Source: an uncultured Bacilli bacterium (GTDB lineage: Bacteria > Bacillota_I > Bacilli_A > RF39 > UBA660). Taken from it: a stretch of 64,000 bases of DNA. Below are positions 47,340 through 56,225 of this stretch, in pieces. Location: the NCBI GenBank assembly GCA_934101795.1, contig CAKORY010000003.1, positions 41,873-105,872 of the forward strand, read 5' to 3'. Every line of letters begins with the position of its first letter. Positions within the stretch are counted from its first letter, which is position 1. A program made the translations under genes and the position numbers. The notes under the pieces were generated by a model. That model was not told where the DNA came from. It ran no database searches and saw only the letters and a program-made list of their open reading frames with translations.

Positions 47340-48737
47340 CTAAATATCGCGATTATCATATATTGATAAATATTCATCTTTGTTTAAAACGTCTTCAACA
47401 TATTTTTCATCATCAGTCACAAGAAATAATAAATTACTTATAAATATTTTTTCTAGTCTTCTAACATATCCGGGCAAATATTCTTCTTTTAAAATGTAGT
47501 CTTTTGTGTTAAGATGCGTATAATAATTTCGCGTATTAGCCAAATAATCATATACATTACTTTTACTATCTTCTTTTTTACATTGCTTATATTCAAATCT
47601 TTTAGGCATTATATTATTTTTGTCAATTTTCTTTATTCTACTTGCTAATTTTACTCTTCTATCATATTGATAGACCATAGCATTGACTACACTTTCATGT
47701 ATATTATCTATATTCTGTATATATTCTTTGTTAAAGCCATTATCTTTCACAGCTTTTTCTAAGCTTATTTTATTTTCATCATAAAATTTTTGCAAAATAT
47801 TTTTAAAGGCTTTATTCTTTTTTTCCTTTTCTTCAATATTCTCTGTTGCATAGCTAAATTTTTCTATACATTTCATTATTGTTAAAAAATCATCTTCTAT
47901 GGTATGAGATTTATATGGACTATAATAGACGTTTATTGCCTCTTTAAACCTTTTATTGAAATATATGTCGTGCCACTTACTAAAAATTTTTATTATACTA
48001 TCACTAATACAATTATAATAAGTTCTTAAATTAAAAGTAGGATAACCTAAATGATTGCTATACCAATTACTAAAATCTGTATTTATTACAACTTCGTCTT
48101 CAATATCACCCATAAAATTTTTACCTTTATACATTTTGTGAAATTTAATTAATCTTACTTGACTGCTATATCCCATAAACAAAGCAAAAAATCTTGTAAT
48201 CATTTGTATATACATCATAATTTTTTCTATGCTCATTATATAACCTGACCTTACACAAATATATGGTGTTATATTAAAATTTTTAATAGATGTATCAGTT
48301 AAATTACAATTTTCTTCAAAATATTTTACATAAATTTTCAATTTATCATTATTGTATAATAAAATGTCATTAGGTATATTAAATTTAATTTCATTTTTTT
48401 CTTTTATAATTGTTTTAATATTTAACCATTCATCTAATCGATTAAAAGTAAATCTAAAACTTTGTATATGCTTACTAAAATCTACGTTTTTATATTTTAT
48501 ACAAATTCCTTTTTTGACAACATAACCAACTTTATACTTGTAATATCCTATTCCATTACCAATTAAAAGACAATTATATAAACTTATATATTCATTTCCT
48601 GCAAATCCTGTTATTTTTTTCTTATATCCATTAATGCTACTTTCATTTATTGTCAAATATATGTTATTATTATCATCTATTTCGCATTCCCCAGGATGAT
48701 TTTTTTTATCAAAATAAAACGTACCTTTATAAATCAT
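47340..48737 (-). CDS. ApeA-like HEPN-domain protein (465 aa)
   Basis: C-terminal YLANTRNYYTHLN, an R-x4-H HEPN signature (R at 47529-31, H at 47514-16). 17 nt downstream of the KAP NTPase gene. Confidence 0.6.
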   Translation of the reverse strand: MIYKGTFYFDKKNHPGECEIDDNNNIYLTINESSINGYKKKITGFAGNEYISLYNCLLIGNGIGYYKYKVGYVVKKGICIKYKNVDFSKHIQSFRFTFNRLDEWLNIKTIIKEKNEIKFNIPNDILLYNNDKLKIYVKYFEENCNLTDTSIKNFNITPYICVRSGYIMSIEKIMMYIQMITRFFALFMGYSSQVRLIKFHKMYKGKNFMGDIEDEVVINTDFSNWYSNHLGYPTFNLRTYYNCISDSIIKIFSKWHDIYFNKRFKEAINVYYSPYKSHTIEDDFLTIMKCIEKFSYATENIEEKEKKNKAFKNILQKFYDENKISLEKAVKDNGFNKEYIQNIDNIHESVVNAMVYQYDRRVKLASRIKKIDKNNIMPKRFEYKQCKKEDSKSNVYDYLANTRNYYTHLNTKDYILKEEYLPGYVRRLEKIFISNLLFLVTDDEKYVEDVLNKDEYLSIYDNRDI

Positions 48738-48754
48738 ATTTACATCCTTTCACA

Positions 48755-50068
48755 TTAATTAGTATCACTAAAATTAATTGAATTCCCTAGCATAGAAATG
48801 GCTTCAAGATACGGAAAATTATCATAACTTGTTTTCTTTGTAAAAATTTTTTTATATTCTTTAATAAATTTATCAACTAAATTTTCAGTTTCATTTCTTG
48901 GCAAAATTTCAGATAGCCATCTAATATAATCTCGCTCATCATTATCACTTTCTAGAAATGCGAAAAAAGATTTTATTATTTCATCTCCATTACCAGTAAT
49001 AAAACTATTGTAGTTATTTATATTTTTAATTTTTAATGCTAAAGCCATTGGCAATAAAACATCAGCTTCAAATAAATATTTATTTCTGTTAAAAGAATCT
49101 TTAAAATCAGTATATGGTTCAACAATCTTGTACATTGACATATACTTGTTACATTCCCTATATGAAAATTTTAAATATTTAAATAATTCAAAAGATATGT
49201 TTTCTGGTAAATTAGTAGATTGTATAATCTTACAGTGCTTTTTAACATAATTTTCTAAATTATCAATTCCAAGTGTAATAACACTATCATAGATTTTATT
49301 TAAATAACCATATCCATCAAAATCACTGCCATAATATTTTTTTATTGTATAACTCAATTGCCTATTATTAGTTACAACTATAATACTTAATTTTGGGGTG
49401 TTGTAGAAATGTTTTAATGTTTCAAGTAATTTTACTGCATAATCAGGTCGACATCTATCCAATTCATCAACTACTAATAATATTCTTTCATCTGATTTGA
49501 TTATTTTGTTAAATAATTTATTCAATGATGATTGTTTTTCTTCAATTGTAACAATACTATCTGCTAAATCCTCAAATGATTTTAACTTTTCAAAGCAATC
49601 TTTAGTTATATATCCCAAACCGCTTTTTTCAATAATGTTTTCTAATATTGGTTTTATTGTACCAAACAATTCTTCAGGATTTTCAAAACGTTTTTTATAT
49701 TTAGGGTATTCATTTAAAACATTATAAATTAGTGACTCTAGTGGGTTGTCATGATTATCATTCTCCCAAGCATTATAATAAACTACAATATGTTTTTGTG
49801 AAAATTCTTGTATTTTAGCATAATCCTTATGTGTCTTTATACAATCAATTGTACTGTGGCTATTACATATATAAATTAATTGTTTTATGAAAAAAGTTTT
49901 TCCTGTTCCCCATTCGCCATCTATGGATAATATAAAATTCTCATTAACATTATTTAATAATTTCATAAGATTAATTATTTTACTATTTCTTTCTAACAAA
50001 TCGTCATTAATAGTACTAAGTAAATTTTCGTCATTAATTAAAAGTTCATATTTTTTCAAATTTATCAC
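48755..50068 (-). CDS. KAP-family P-loop NTPase
   Basis: Walker A IDGEWGTGKTFF, YNAWENDNHDNPLESL, Walker B LLVVDELDRCRPDYAVKLLETLKHF. The start is ambiguous: GTG at 50068, or TTG at 50059 after GAGGTG. Confidence 0.8.
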   Translation of the reverse strand: MINLKKYELLINDENLLSTINDDLLERNSKIINLMKLLNNVNENFILSIDGEWGTGKTFFIKQLIYICNSHSTIDCIKTHKDYAKIQEFSQKHIVVYYNAWENDNHDNPLESLIYNVLNEYPKYKKRFENPEELFGTIKPILENIIEKSGLGYITKDCFEKLKSFEDLADSIVTIEEKQSSLNKLFNKIIKSDERILLVVDELDRCRPDYAVKLLETLKHFYNTPKLSIIVVTNNRQLSYTIKKYYGSDFDGYGYLNKIYDSVITLGIDNLENYVKKHCKIIQSTNLPENISFELFKYLKFSYRECNKYMSMYKIVEPYTDFKDSFNRNKYLFEADVLLPMALALKIKNINNYNSFITGNGDEIIKSFFAFLESDNDERDYIRWLSEILPRNETENLVDKFIKEYKKIFTKKTSYDNFPYLEAISMLGNSINFSDTN

Positions 50069-50080
50069 CTCTGTTTTTTA

Positions 50081-50809
50081 TTATTTCTTCACAAACCTAC
50101 ACTTTGGAAAATTTGAGCACCCCATAAATTCTCCGTATTTTCCATTTCTCTTTATAAGCTTTCCACCACACCTTGGGCATCTATCTTTAAACTCTTCTTC
50201 TTTATTATTTTTGATTAATTTAGCATTCTTTACATGATTTTTTCTTTCGTTTTTATCTTTTATATTTAGATTATTTATAATTTCATATAATTCAATTAAG
50301 TTTTCAACAATTACTTCTTGATAAGAAAGTATTTTCTCTAATAAATCATATATTCTAGTTACATTATTTGATTTAACTGACACTTTTGCTCTACTTGGAA
50401 TACATACTAGTGATATAAACTTCTCTTCTGGCATATTTAATACTTCATGTAGGGATTTGACATGACCATAATTTTGATGAAATGGATTATTTATATAAAA
50501 ATTTTTGTTTCCACTTTTTATTAACCATCTTTTATCATATTCGTTTCCCTTTATGTAACCGTTATATTGTTTTGTTTCAATTACAAACACACCATATTTC
50601 GAAACAACAACATGATCTATTTGATGTGTACTTTCATCATTTGTTTTAATCATTACATCATTAATTACTAAATACTCACTTGGCAATCTTTTCAATTCTC
50701 TTTTAACCCAAAATTCTCCAGCTTTACCTATCCACTTTTTATAATTAACACTTAACAAAATATCTACTGCTACAATTATCCATAACCATGGATTAAATAA
50801 CCACTCCAT
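50081..50809 (-). CDS. NERD-domain protein with N-terminal TM helix and C-terminal topoisomerase-type C4 zinc ribbon
   Basis: [68 protein letters not shown]. Confidence 0.8.
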   Translation of the reverse strand: MEWLFNPWLWIIVAVDILLSVNYKKWIGKAGEFWVKRELKRLPSEYLVINDVMIKTNDESTHQIDHVVVSKYGVFVIETKQYNGYIKGNEYDKRWLIKSGNKNFYINNPFHQNYGHVKSLHEVLNMPEEKFISLVCIPSRAKVSVKSNNVTRIYDLLEKILSYQEVIVENLIELYEIINNLNIKDKNERKNHVKNAKLIKNNKEEEFKDRCPRCGGKLIKRNGKYGEFMGCSNFPKCRFVKK

Positions 50810-50837
50810 TACATAACCTCTTTCCTAATTGTTTTTT

Positions 50838-50866
50838 ATTATATATTAGTTACGATAAAAAAGCAA
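50838..50866 (-). promoter_or_regulatory. sigma-A-type promoter for the NERD-KAP-HEPN operon
   Basis: Minus strand: TTGCTT-N17-TATAAT, about 30 nt upstream of the NERD start. Confidence 0.5.
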
Positions 50867-50890
50867 TATAATGTTCTAATTTATAATTAC

Positions 50891-50917
50891 AAAAAAAGAA
50901 ACCTTTTTAAGATTTCT
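50891..50917 (-). terminator. intrinsic terminator after the Cys-rich mini-gene
   Basis: Minus strand: AGAAATC-TTAAAAA-GGTTTCT (one G-U pair) followed by TTTTTTGT. Confidence 0.45.
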
Positions 50918-50932
50918 TCAATTTATCTATAA

Positions 50933-51082
50933 CTAGCAACTGCAGTTTTCACAATCACATTCTTGGCAATTGCAATCATCTTCACAGTTACATTCTTCAC
51001 TATTGCATCCACATTCACAAGTTTCATCGTAATTACATTCTTCACATTCACAACCGCAACTGCATTTTTCTTTTTCTTCCAT
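50933..51082 (-). CDS. 49-aa acidic, cysteine-rich peptide (16 Cys), not in the ORF track
   Basis: Own translation: MEEKEKCSCGCECEECNYDETCECGCNSEECNCEDDCNCQECDCENCSC, stop TAG. AGAGGTG RBS 6 nt before the ATG. Same strand as the dual-HEPN gene and 57 nt downstream of it. Terminator follows. Confidence 0.55.
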   Translation of the reverse strand: MEEKEKCSCGCECEECNYDETCECGCNSEECNCEDDCNCQECDCENCSC

Positions 51083-51139
51083 TTTTTCACCTCTTTTTCT
51101 CTATTTATTATACTACGATTTTGGTTTTATTTAAATACT

Positions 51140-52807
51140 TTATGATTTTTTGTTTCTTACTAATTTTTGTTCATTTTTATTTAGGAATGCTATTATTATA
51201 TTTTGATTTTCATATATCATGTTTATAAAATCTATTATATCTATTTCACATTTAAATGTAAGCTTTCCTTCATAAATATCTTCAAAAACTATTTTAATTT
51301 CATTATTTATAGATGTTTCTAGTTTATAATTTCCATGTGATATACTATTTCTAATACCATTTATTATTACTTTGTTTTTTAAGTGTTCACTATTTTCTTG
51401 TTCATAAGTAACAATTTCATTTAATCTTATATTTAACAAAGCAGCTTGTGCCTCTAAAATTTGTTTTTGAGTTTCAGTTTTTGTTAAAATTGCAGATATT
51501 CTTTTTATGGCAATTGAATTTCCTTTTTGCTTAACGTTTTCTAAATTTTGATTATCTTTAGCAATTTTACTAGATATTTCTACTATTTGTTTATTTTTAC
51601 TAGCAATTTGAATTAAAACTTCATTTTTGATAGTTTCATCTGGTTCAAAATATAAAACATTTATGCTACTTAAATCTAGATTGCCATAATCTAAACCCGT
51701 ATTTTCATCTTTACTATATTCATTATTATTTTTAAAAATTGTATCATTTCCATATGAAAATAAACTTTGAAATAAAGCAATTTCAACCCCTACAAGCTCA
51801 TTATAACTAATTATATCTACACTTTGTCTTCTTTTTAATGCTTCTACCGTGTTTTTCTTGTCTTTTATTTCAATCTTTTGCAAATCAGAAATTAATAACA
51901 GATTTTTTAATAATGAGTATAGTAAATTAAAATCCGGTTTTCTTTTAATTTCTATTATTTTAGAAAGTAAATTTACTTCATCTTTATATTCCATGTCATC
52001 TGTTAAATTCATAAATGTTTCATCTACTGCTTGCTTAAGTATATGATATGGTATTCTTTCTTCTTTAACATCAACTAAATATTTTTCCTTAATTTGTCTT
52101 TCAAAGTCCATTATTATTTGATTAGATTGTAAGTCTTTACAAGCAGCTAACACTAATTCAAATTTATCTTTTAAAAGCTCATTTATCATAGAATTATCTC
52201 GACTTTTAAGGGTAATAGTTTTTATCTTAAATGTTTTAGCAAATCTTAATAGTTCATCTTTATTTTTAAAAGGTTTTGTTCTTTTTCTTTCTTCTTTATT
52301 TGAAATTAACAATTCTCTTTTGTAAATATGTTTTTCAGGATTTTTTAAGCTTGCTTTTAAACATGAAATTATCATTTTAGATAAATCACTTATGTTAACT
52401 GCGACTTCATCACCATCAATATTAAAAATAACTTTATTTTCTTCTGCATCTAATTTAAAACTACCATGTGCTATTTTGTTTCTTAATTCACCTACTACAG
52501 ATGCAGCATCTTTAAACTTATGATTATCTACATAAAATCCATCACTTTTTTTAATAGCTATCATATTTACAGAACGTAGTAATTCATTATAAAAAATCTT
52601 TGTTTCATAGTTTTCTTTTGTTCCTTCAACAACATCTTCCTTAATAGCTAATAAAACACAACTTACTAAACTAAAACTTGCTATATTTAAGTATTTACTA
52701 TCCATTATATATTCAAAATCTTCTATTTTTTCATCTAATATATTTGTTAAAATGATTGCATATTCTTTTATTCCACTATAAAGTGTTTTTAATGTTTCAG
52801 TATCCAT
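51140..52807 (-). CDS. dual-HEPN protein (two RNxIxHG motifs), about 555 aa
   Basis: Start moved to MDTETL (GGGGGA RBS). ELRNKIAHGSFKL (R at 52481-83, H at 52466-68) and GIRNSISHGNYKL (R at 51350-52, H at 51335-37). Each motif is followed by a similar beta-like segment (VIFNIDG / KIVFEDI). Coiled-coil-like stretch between them. Confidence 0.6.
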   Translation of the reverse strand: MDTETLKTLYSGIKEYAIILTNILDEKIEDFEYIMDSKYLNIASFSLVSCVLLAIKEDVVEGTKENYETKIFYNELLRSVNMIAIKKSDGFYVDNHKFKDAASVVGELRNKIAHGSFKLDAEENKVIFNIDGDEVAVNISDLSKMIISCLKASLKNPEKHIYKRELLISNKEERKRTKPFKNKDELLRFAKTFKIKTITLKSRDNSMINELLKDKFELVLAACKDLQSNQIIMDFERQIKEKYLVDVKEERIPYHILKQAVDETFMNLTDDMEYKDEVNLLSKIIEIKRKPDFNLLYSLLKNLLLISDLQKIEIKDKKNTVEALKRRQSVDIISYNELVGVEIALFQSLFSYGNDTIFKNNNEYSKDENTGLDYGNLDLSSINVLYFEPDETIKNEVLIQIASKNKQIVEISSKIAKDNQNLENVKQKGNSIAIKRISAILTKTETQKQILEAQAALLNIRLNEIVTYEQENSEHLKNKVIINGIRNSISHGNYKLETSINNEIKIVFEDIYEGKLTFKCEIDIIDFINMIYENQNIIIAFLNKNEQKLVRNKKS

Positions 52808-53007
52808 AATTTCCCCCACTTATGGGCTATATTTTACCACAATAGCGATTTTAAGTCAAATTCTATGCCAAAAGAAAAAAAGATATTATTTTTTCTTACT
52901 AGTACTTTTTTTAGCAACTTTTTTAAGAAGTTAAGATAAGCAAGTGTAATAAAAATTAATAATATTTAAAGTAAATATAATCTTTATTTGTAAATTATAT
53001 GTAAACT

Positions 53008-53895
53008 TTACCTTTTTCTTGGTTTTATAATATCATTACTATTTATATGGCCTATTAGCAATGATGAATTTATATCATGATTATTAATATTTATCTTAAC
53101 TTTACTTTCATCGTAATTTGCATAACAATATTTACATAAATGATTGCACGAATTATACATACCAATATCCACTAATTCTACACAATTACATGCACTACCT
53201 TTACGTGCTTGCCATTTTTTATATGTCTTACCTGTTAGTTTAAAAGCTAGTTCTTTTGACATGCATTCACCTTTTATAAATCCATATTCTGTTAAGTTTC
53301 TTTCTTCAAAACATGTTTGTACAACCATATTATTATTTTTTGCAATCTTGCTAAAGCTTTCACCAATTAGTTTGTAATCTTCTTCGGTGAGTGAACGATA
53401 CTTTAAGTATGGTAAATTTTTTCTTACATTTTGATAATTATCTATAAATGATACAATTATAGTCTTAACATAGCCTTTTAAAAGACTACATAACTTTTTA
53501 AATGCTTTAATATGATATTCTACGTTGTATTTTTTACTTATAAAAATTGGATCATATCTTACATAGACATTCTCGATACCAATTGTTGTTGATATCTTTT
53601 TGACTGCTTCGATTATATCACTTTTAGATGGTAAATTTGGTTCTATATCATCTTTATAAGGAGTTATTGTTACATGAAAAATATATGGTATTTTTATATC
53701 ATCAAGTTTATCTATGATAGGTATTGGATTTTTGGTACAAAATAATATTAAATCTACATCTTCAAAATTGATTCTACTTACTAAATTTGGATTAAATGGG
53801 TTTCTAACATCTACATATCCTTCTTTAAGTCTATTTAAAAACCATTTTGAATAAAATGCTACAATATCTGTTCTACCACTTACATTTAATATCAT
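53008..53895 (-). CDS. DUF1848-family protein
   Basis: MILNVSGRTDIVAFYSKWFLNRLKEGYVDVRNPFNP... and C-terminal CNHLCKYCYAN, typical of DUF1848 as I recall the family. Confidence 0.6.
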   Translation of the reverse strand: MILNVSGRTDIVAFYSKWFLNRLKEGYVDVRNPFNPNLVSRINFEDVDLILFCTKNPIPIIDKLDDIKIPYIFHVTITPYKDDIEPNLPSKSDIIEAVKKISTTIGIENVYVRYDPIFISKKYNVEYHIKAFKKLCSLLKGYVKTIIVSFIDNYQNVRKNLPYLKYRSLTEEDYKLIGESFSKIAKNNNMVVQTCFEERNLTEYGFIKGECMSKELAFKLTGKTYKKWQARKGSACNCVELVDIGMYNSCNHLCKYCYANYDESKVKININNHDINSSLLIGHINSNDIIKPRKR

Positions 53896-53949
53896 GATTA
53901 ATCACCTTATCTACTTTTTTATCAATTTTTTAGTTTCTTCTTCGTTATG

Positions 53950-53978
53950 ATTATATTATTACGAGAATAATTTGTCAA
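53950..53978 (-). promoter_or_regulatory. promoter of the DUF1848 gene
   Basis: Minus strand: TTGACA-N17-TATAAT. Its -35 element forms an inverted repeat with the -35 of the divergent plus-strand unit (TTTGTCAA-N15-TTGACAAA). Confidence 0.55.
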
Positions 53979-54028
53979 ATTTTGAAAAAGTTATTGACAA
54001 ACTTCAAAAAAAATATTAAGATTATACT

Positions 54029-54130
54029 AGCATGATACAAGTCATGCTAATAACCTGATCTCTCTTACGATTTTCAATGTGAAGAGATCAACCAAAACCC
54101 CCTGAAGAGAGCGAAAGCTCTCGTTTTTTT
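54029..54130 (+). ncRNA. candidate small RNA A (~100 nt), unknown family
   Basis: TTGACA (53994-99)-N17-TAAGAT (54017-22). Hairpins AGCATGA/TCATGCT and GATCTCT.../...AGAGATC. Terminator GAGAGC-GAAA-GCTCTC followed by G and T7. There is no plus-strand CDS, and the hairpin has no U-run on the minus strand. Confidence 0.4.
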
Positions 54131-54155
54131 GTGTTAAAAATAAAGAACTAGATAA

Positions 54156-56147
54156 TTAGTCTAGAAAATCTATTTCTTTTATTATATTTTTGTAATAATC
54201 ATAATCTTGATAAGATTTATTATCTAAAAATTCTTTGGCATCAATGTTTGCTTGAGTTAATATATTAAAATCTCTTTTTAAATTTGCAATTTTAAATGAC
54301 ATATCTCCACTTTGTTTTACTCCGAAAAGATCACCTTGACCACGTTGTTCAAAATCTTTTTCTGCAATATAAAAACCATCCGAAGACTTTTCCATTACCT
54401 TAAGTCTTTCATTACTACTTGAATTAGTTACTAAATAACAATAACTTTGAATATTGCTTCTACCAACTCTACCTCGAAGTTGATGAAGGGTTGCAAGGCC
54501 AAATCTTTCAGCATTATAAATAACCATCATTGATGCATTTGGCACATCTATTCCTACTTCAATAACAGTAGTTGATATTAAAATATTTATTTTGTTTTCC
54601 CCGAATTCTTTCATAAGATTATCTTTTTCTTTTTGCTTTAATTTTCCATGTAAGATTTCAATTCTAACTTTGTTATTAAAGGCTTTATTTAGCTTTTCTT
54701 TTAATTCAATAACACTATTTAAATTTAGTTCATCATTTTGTTCAATTAAAGGAGAAACTACGAATATTTGATGATTTAATTTTAATTCATCATACATTTT
54801 AATTAAAACTTCCTTGATGTTTTTTTCTTCTACTATCTTTGTTACTATTTCTTTTCTAATATTTGGTTTTGTTTTAATTTGGGATAAATCTAAATCACCA
54901 TATATTGTTAGTGCATAAGTTCTTGGTATTGGAGTTGCTGATAAGTATAAAACATCTGCTTCCCCATTTATTCCTTTATTTTGGAGTAAATTACGTTGGT
55001 TTACTCCGAAGCGATGTTGTTCATCAGTTATTACTAAACCTAAATTTTTAAAATTTAAGTTATCGTTTAATAAGGCATGAGTTCCAATTACAATATCAAT
55101 TTCACCATTTTCAATTTGATTATATAATTTTTCTTTTTGTTTTTTGGTAAGACTTCCAGTTAATAAAGTTATGTTTGTATCATATTCTTTAAAATATTCT
55201 TTGATAGACTCATAGTGTTGTTTAGCTAATATTTCCGTCGGTGCCATAAATGTTGATTGATATCCACTTAGAAAATTTGCAAGTATTGAAGCAATTGCTA
55301 CGATTGTTTTCCCTGAACCTACATCACCTAAAACTAGTCTATTCATTCTTTTGTTTTCTCTCATATCTTTAAGTATTTCTTCAATTGTTTTTAATTGGTC
55401 TGTTGTTAATTCAAAATTTAAACTTGATAAAAATTCTTGAACTTCATTTTCATCAAAATTCTTTGGTAAACCTTTAGTTATTTTATTAATATTTTTTAAG
55501 TAATTTATTTTAAACATGTAAATGAATAGTTCTTCATAAATAAGTTTTAACTCACTTTGTTTTATATCATTTATATTTTCTGGTTTGTGTATTTTCTTTA
55601 TTGCGTCATTTTTATTTAATAAGTTATATTTGTCATTTAAATATCTTGGAATATTATCATCAATACTTATTTTTTTATTTAATGCTGTTTCTATCATACT
55701 TTCTAGACTAGAGTTTTTAAGTCCTTCAGTTAAATGATAGATTGGTTCTATTTTTTCATCATCTATTTTAAATTTAATATCATTGGCAGTAAAAGTATTT
55801 TTTATCTTAGAATATTTACCTATTAAAACTATTTCTTTATCTGGTGTTAAATTTTTCTTTAAAAATGCTCTGTTAAAAATAACTACTTTAAAGTCATGGT
55901 TATTGTTGCTTGCTAAAAAATCTAAACGATTAAAGTTTCTTTTAATATAAGCTACTTTAGGCACACTTAAAACTTTTGCCTTAATATAATAAGTCACTTT
56001 ATCATCTGCATCATTAATATTAATAAATTTAATAATATTATAACGATATGGATAGTATGTAAGTAATTCTTCCACTGTGTTTATATTTATTTTATTTAGT
56101 ATATTTATAGTTTTTGGACCTATTTTAGGTAATAATTCTAAGTTCAT
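54156..56147 (-). CDS. recG: ATP-dependent DNA helicase RecG
   Basis: Start moved to MNLELLPKIGPKT (GGAGG 5 nt upstream; TGTTATAAT extended -10). Motifs GDVGSGKT, DEQHRFG, SATPIPRT, LHQLRGRVGR. Confidence 0.9.
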   Translation of the reverse strand: MNLELLPKIGPKTINILNKININTVEELLTYYPYRYNIIKFININDADDKVTYYIKAKVLSVPKVAYIKRNFNRLDFLASNNNHDFKVVIFNRAFLKKNLTPDKEIVLIGKYSKIKNTFTANDIKFKIDDEKIEPIYHLTEGLKNSSLESMIETALNKKISIDDNIPRYLNDKYNLLNKNDAIKKIHKPENINDIKQSELKLIYEELFIYMFKINYLKNINKITKGLPKNFDENEVQEFLSSLNFELTTDQLKTIEEILKDMRENKRMNRLVLGDVGSGKTIVAIASILANFLSGYQSTFMAPTEILAKQHYESIKEYFKEYDTNITLLTGSLTKKQKEKLYNQIENGEIDIVIGTHALLNDNLNFKNLGLVITDEQHRFGVNQRNLLQNKGINGEADVLYLSATPIPRTYALTIYGDLDLSQIKTKPNIRKEIVTKIVEEKNIKEVLIKMYDELKLNHQIFVVSPLIEQNDELNLNSVIELKEKLNKAFNNKVRIEILHGKLKQKEKDNLMKEFGENKINILISTTVIEVGIDVPNASMMVIYNAERFGLATLHQLRGRVGRSNIQSYCYLVTNSSSNERLKVMEKSSDGFYIAEKDFEQRGQGDLFGVKQSGDMSFKIANLKRDFNILTQANIDAKEFLDNKSYQDYDYYKNIIKEIDFLD

Positions 56148-56225
56148 TTGTGCCTCCGTCATAATTATAACAAATTTTTGCAAAAATAGCTTGACAAATT
56201 GTACTTTTTCGATTAAGATAGTAAT

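Noticed and set aside
50963-51145. Plus-strand 60-aa ORF (MAIAIIFTVTFFTIASTF...) from the ORF track
   Set aside because: It is the antisense shadow of the minus-strand Cys-rich mini-ORF. It has no RBS, a low-complexity F/T/I composition, and the opposite orientation to all neighbours.
35483-54110. Shared 11-mer CCCTGAAGAGA (inverted at 35483-35496, direct at 54099-54110) as possible att or island-boundary repeats
   Set aside because: It is only 11 nt. The right copy is part of the terminator stem of candidate sRNA A and lies beyond the DUF1848 gene. The match does not extend, and there is no recombinase. It is most likely chance.
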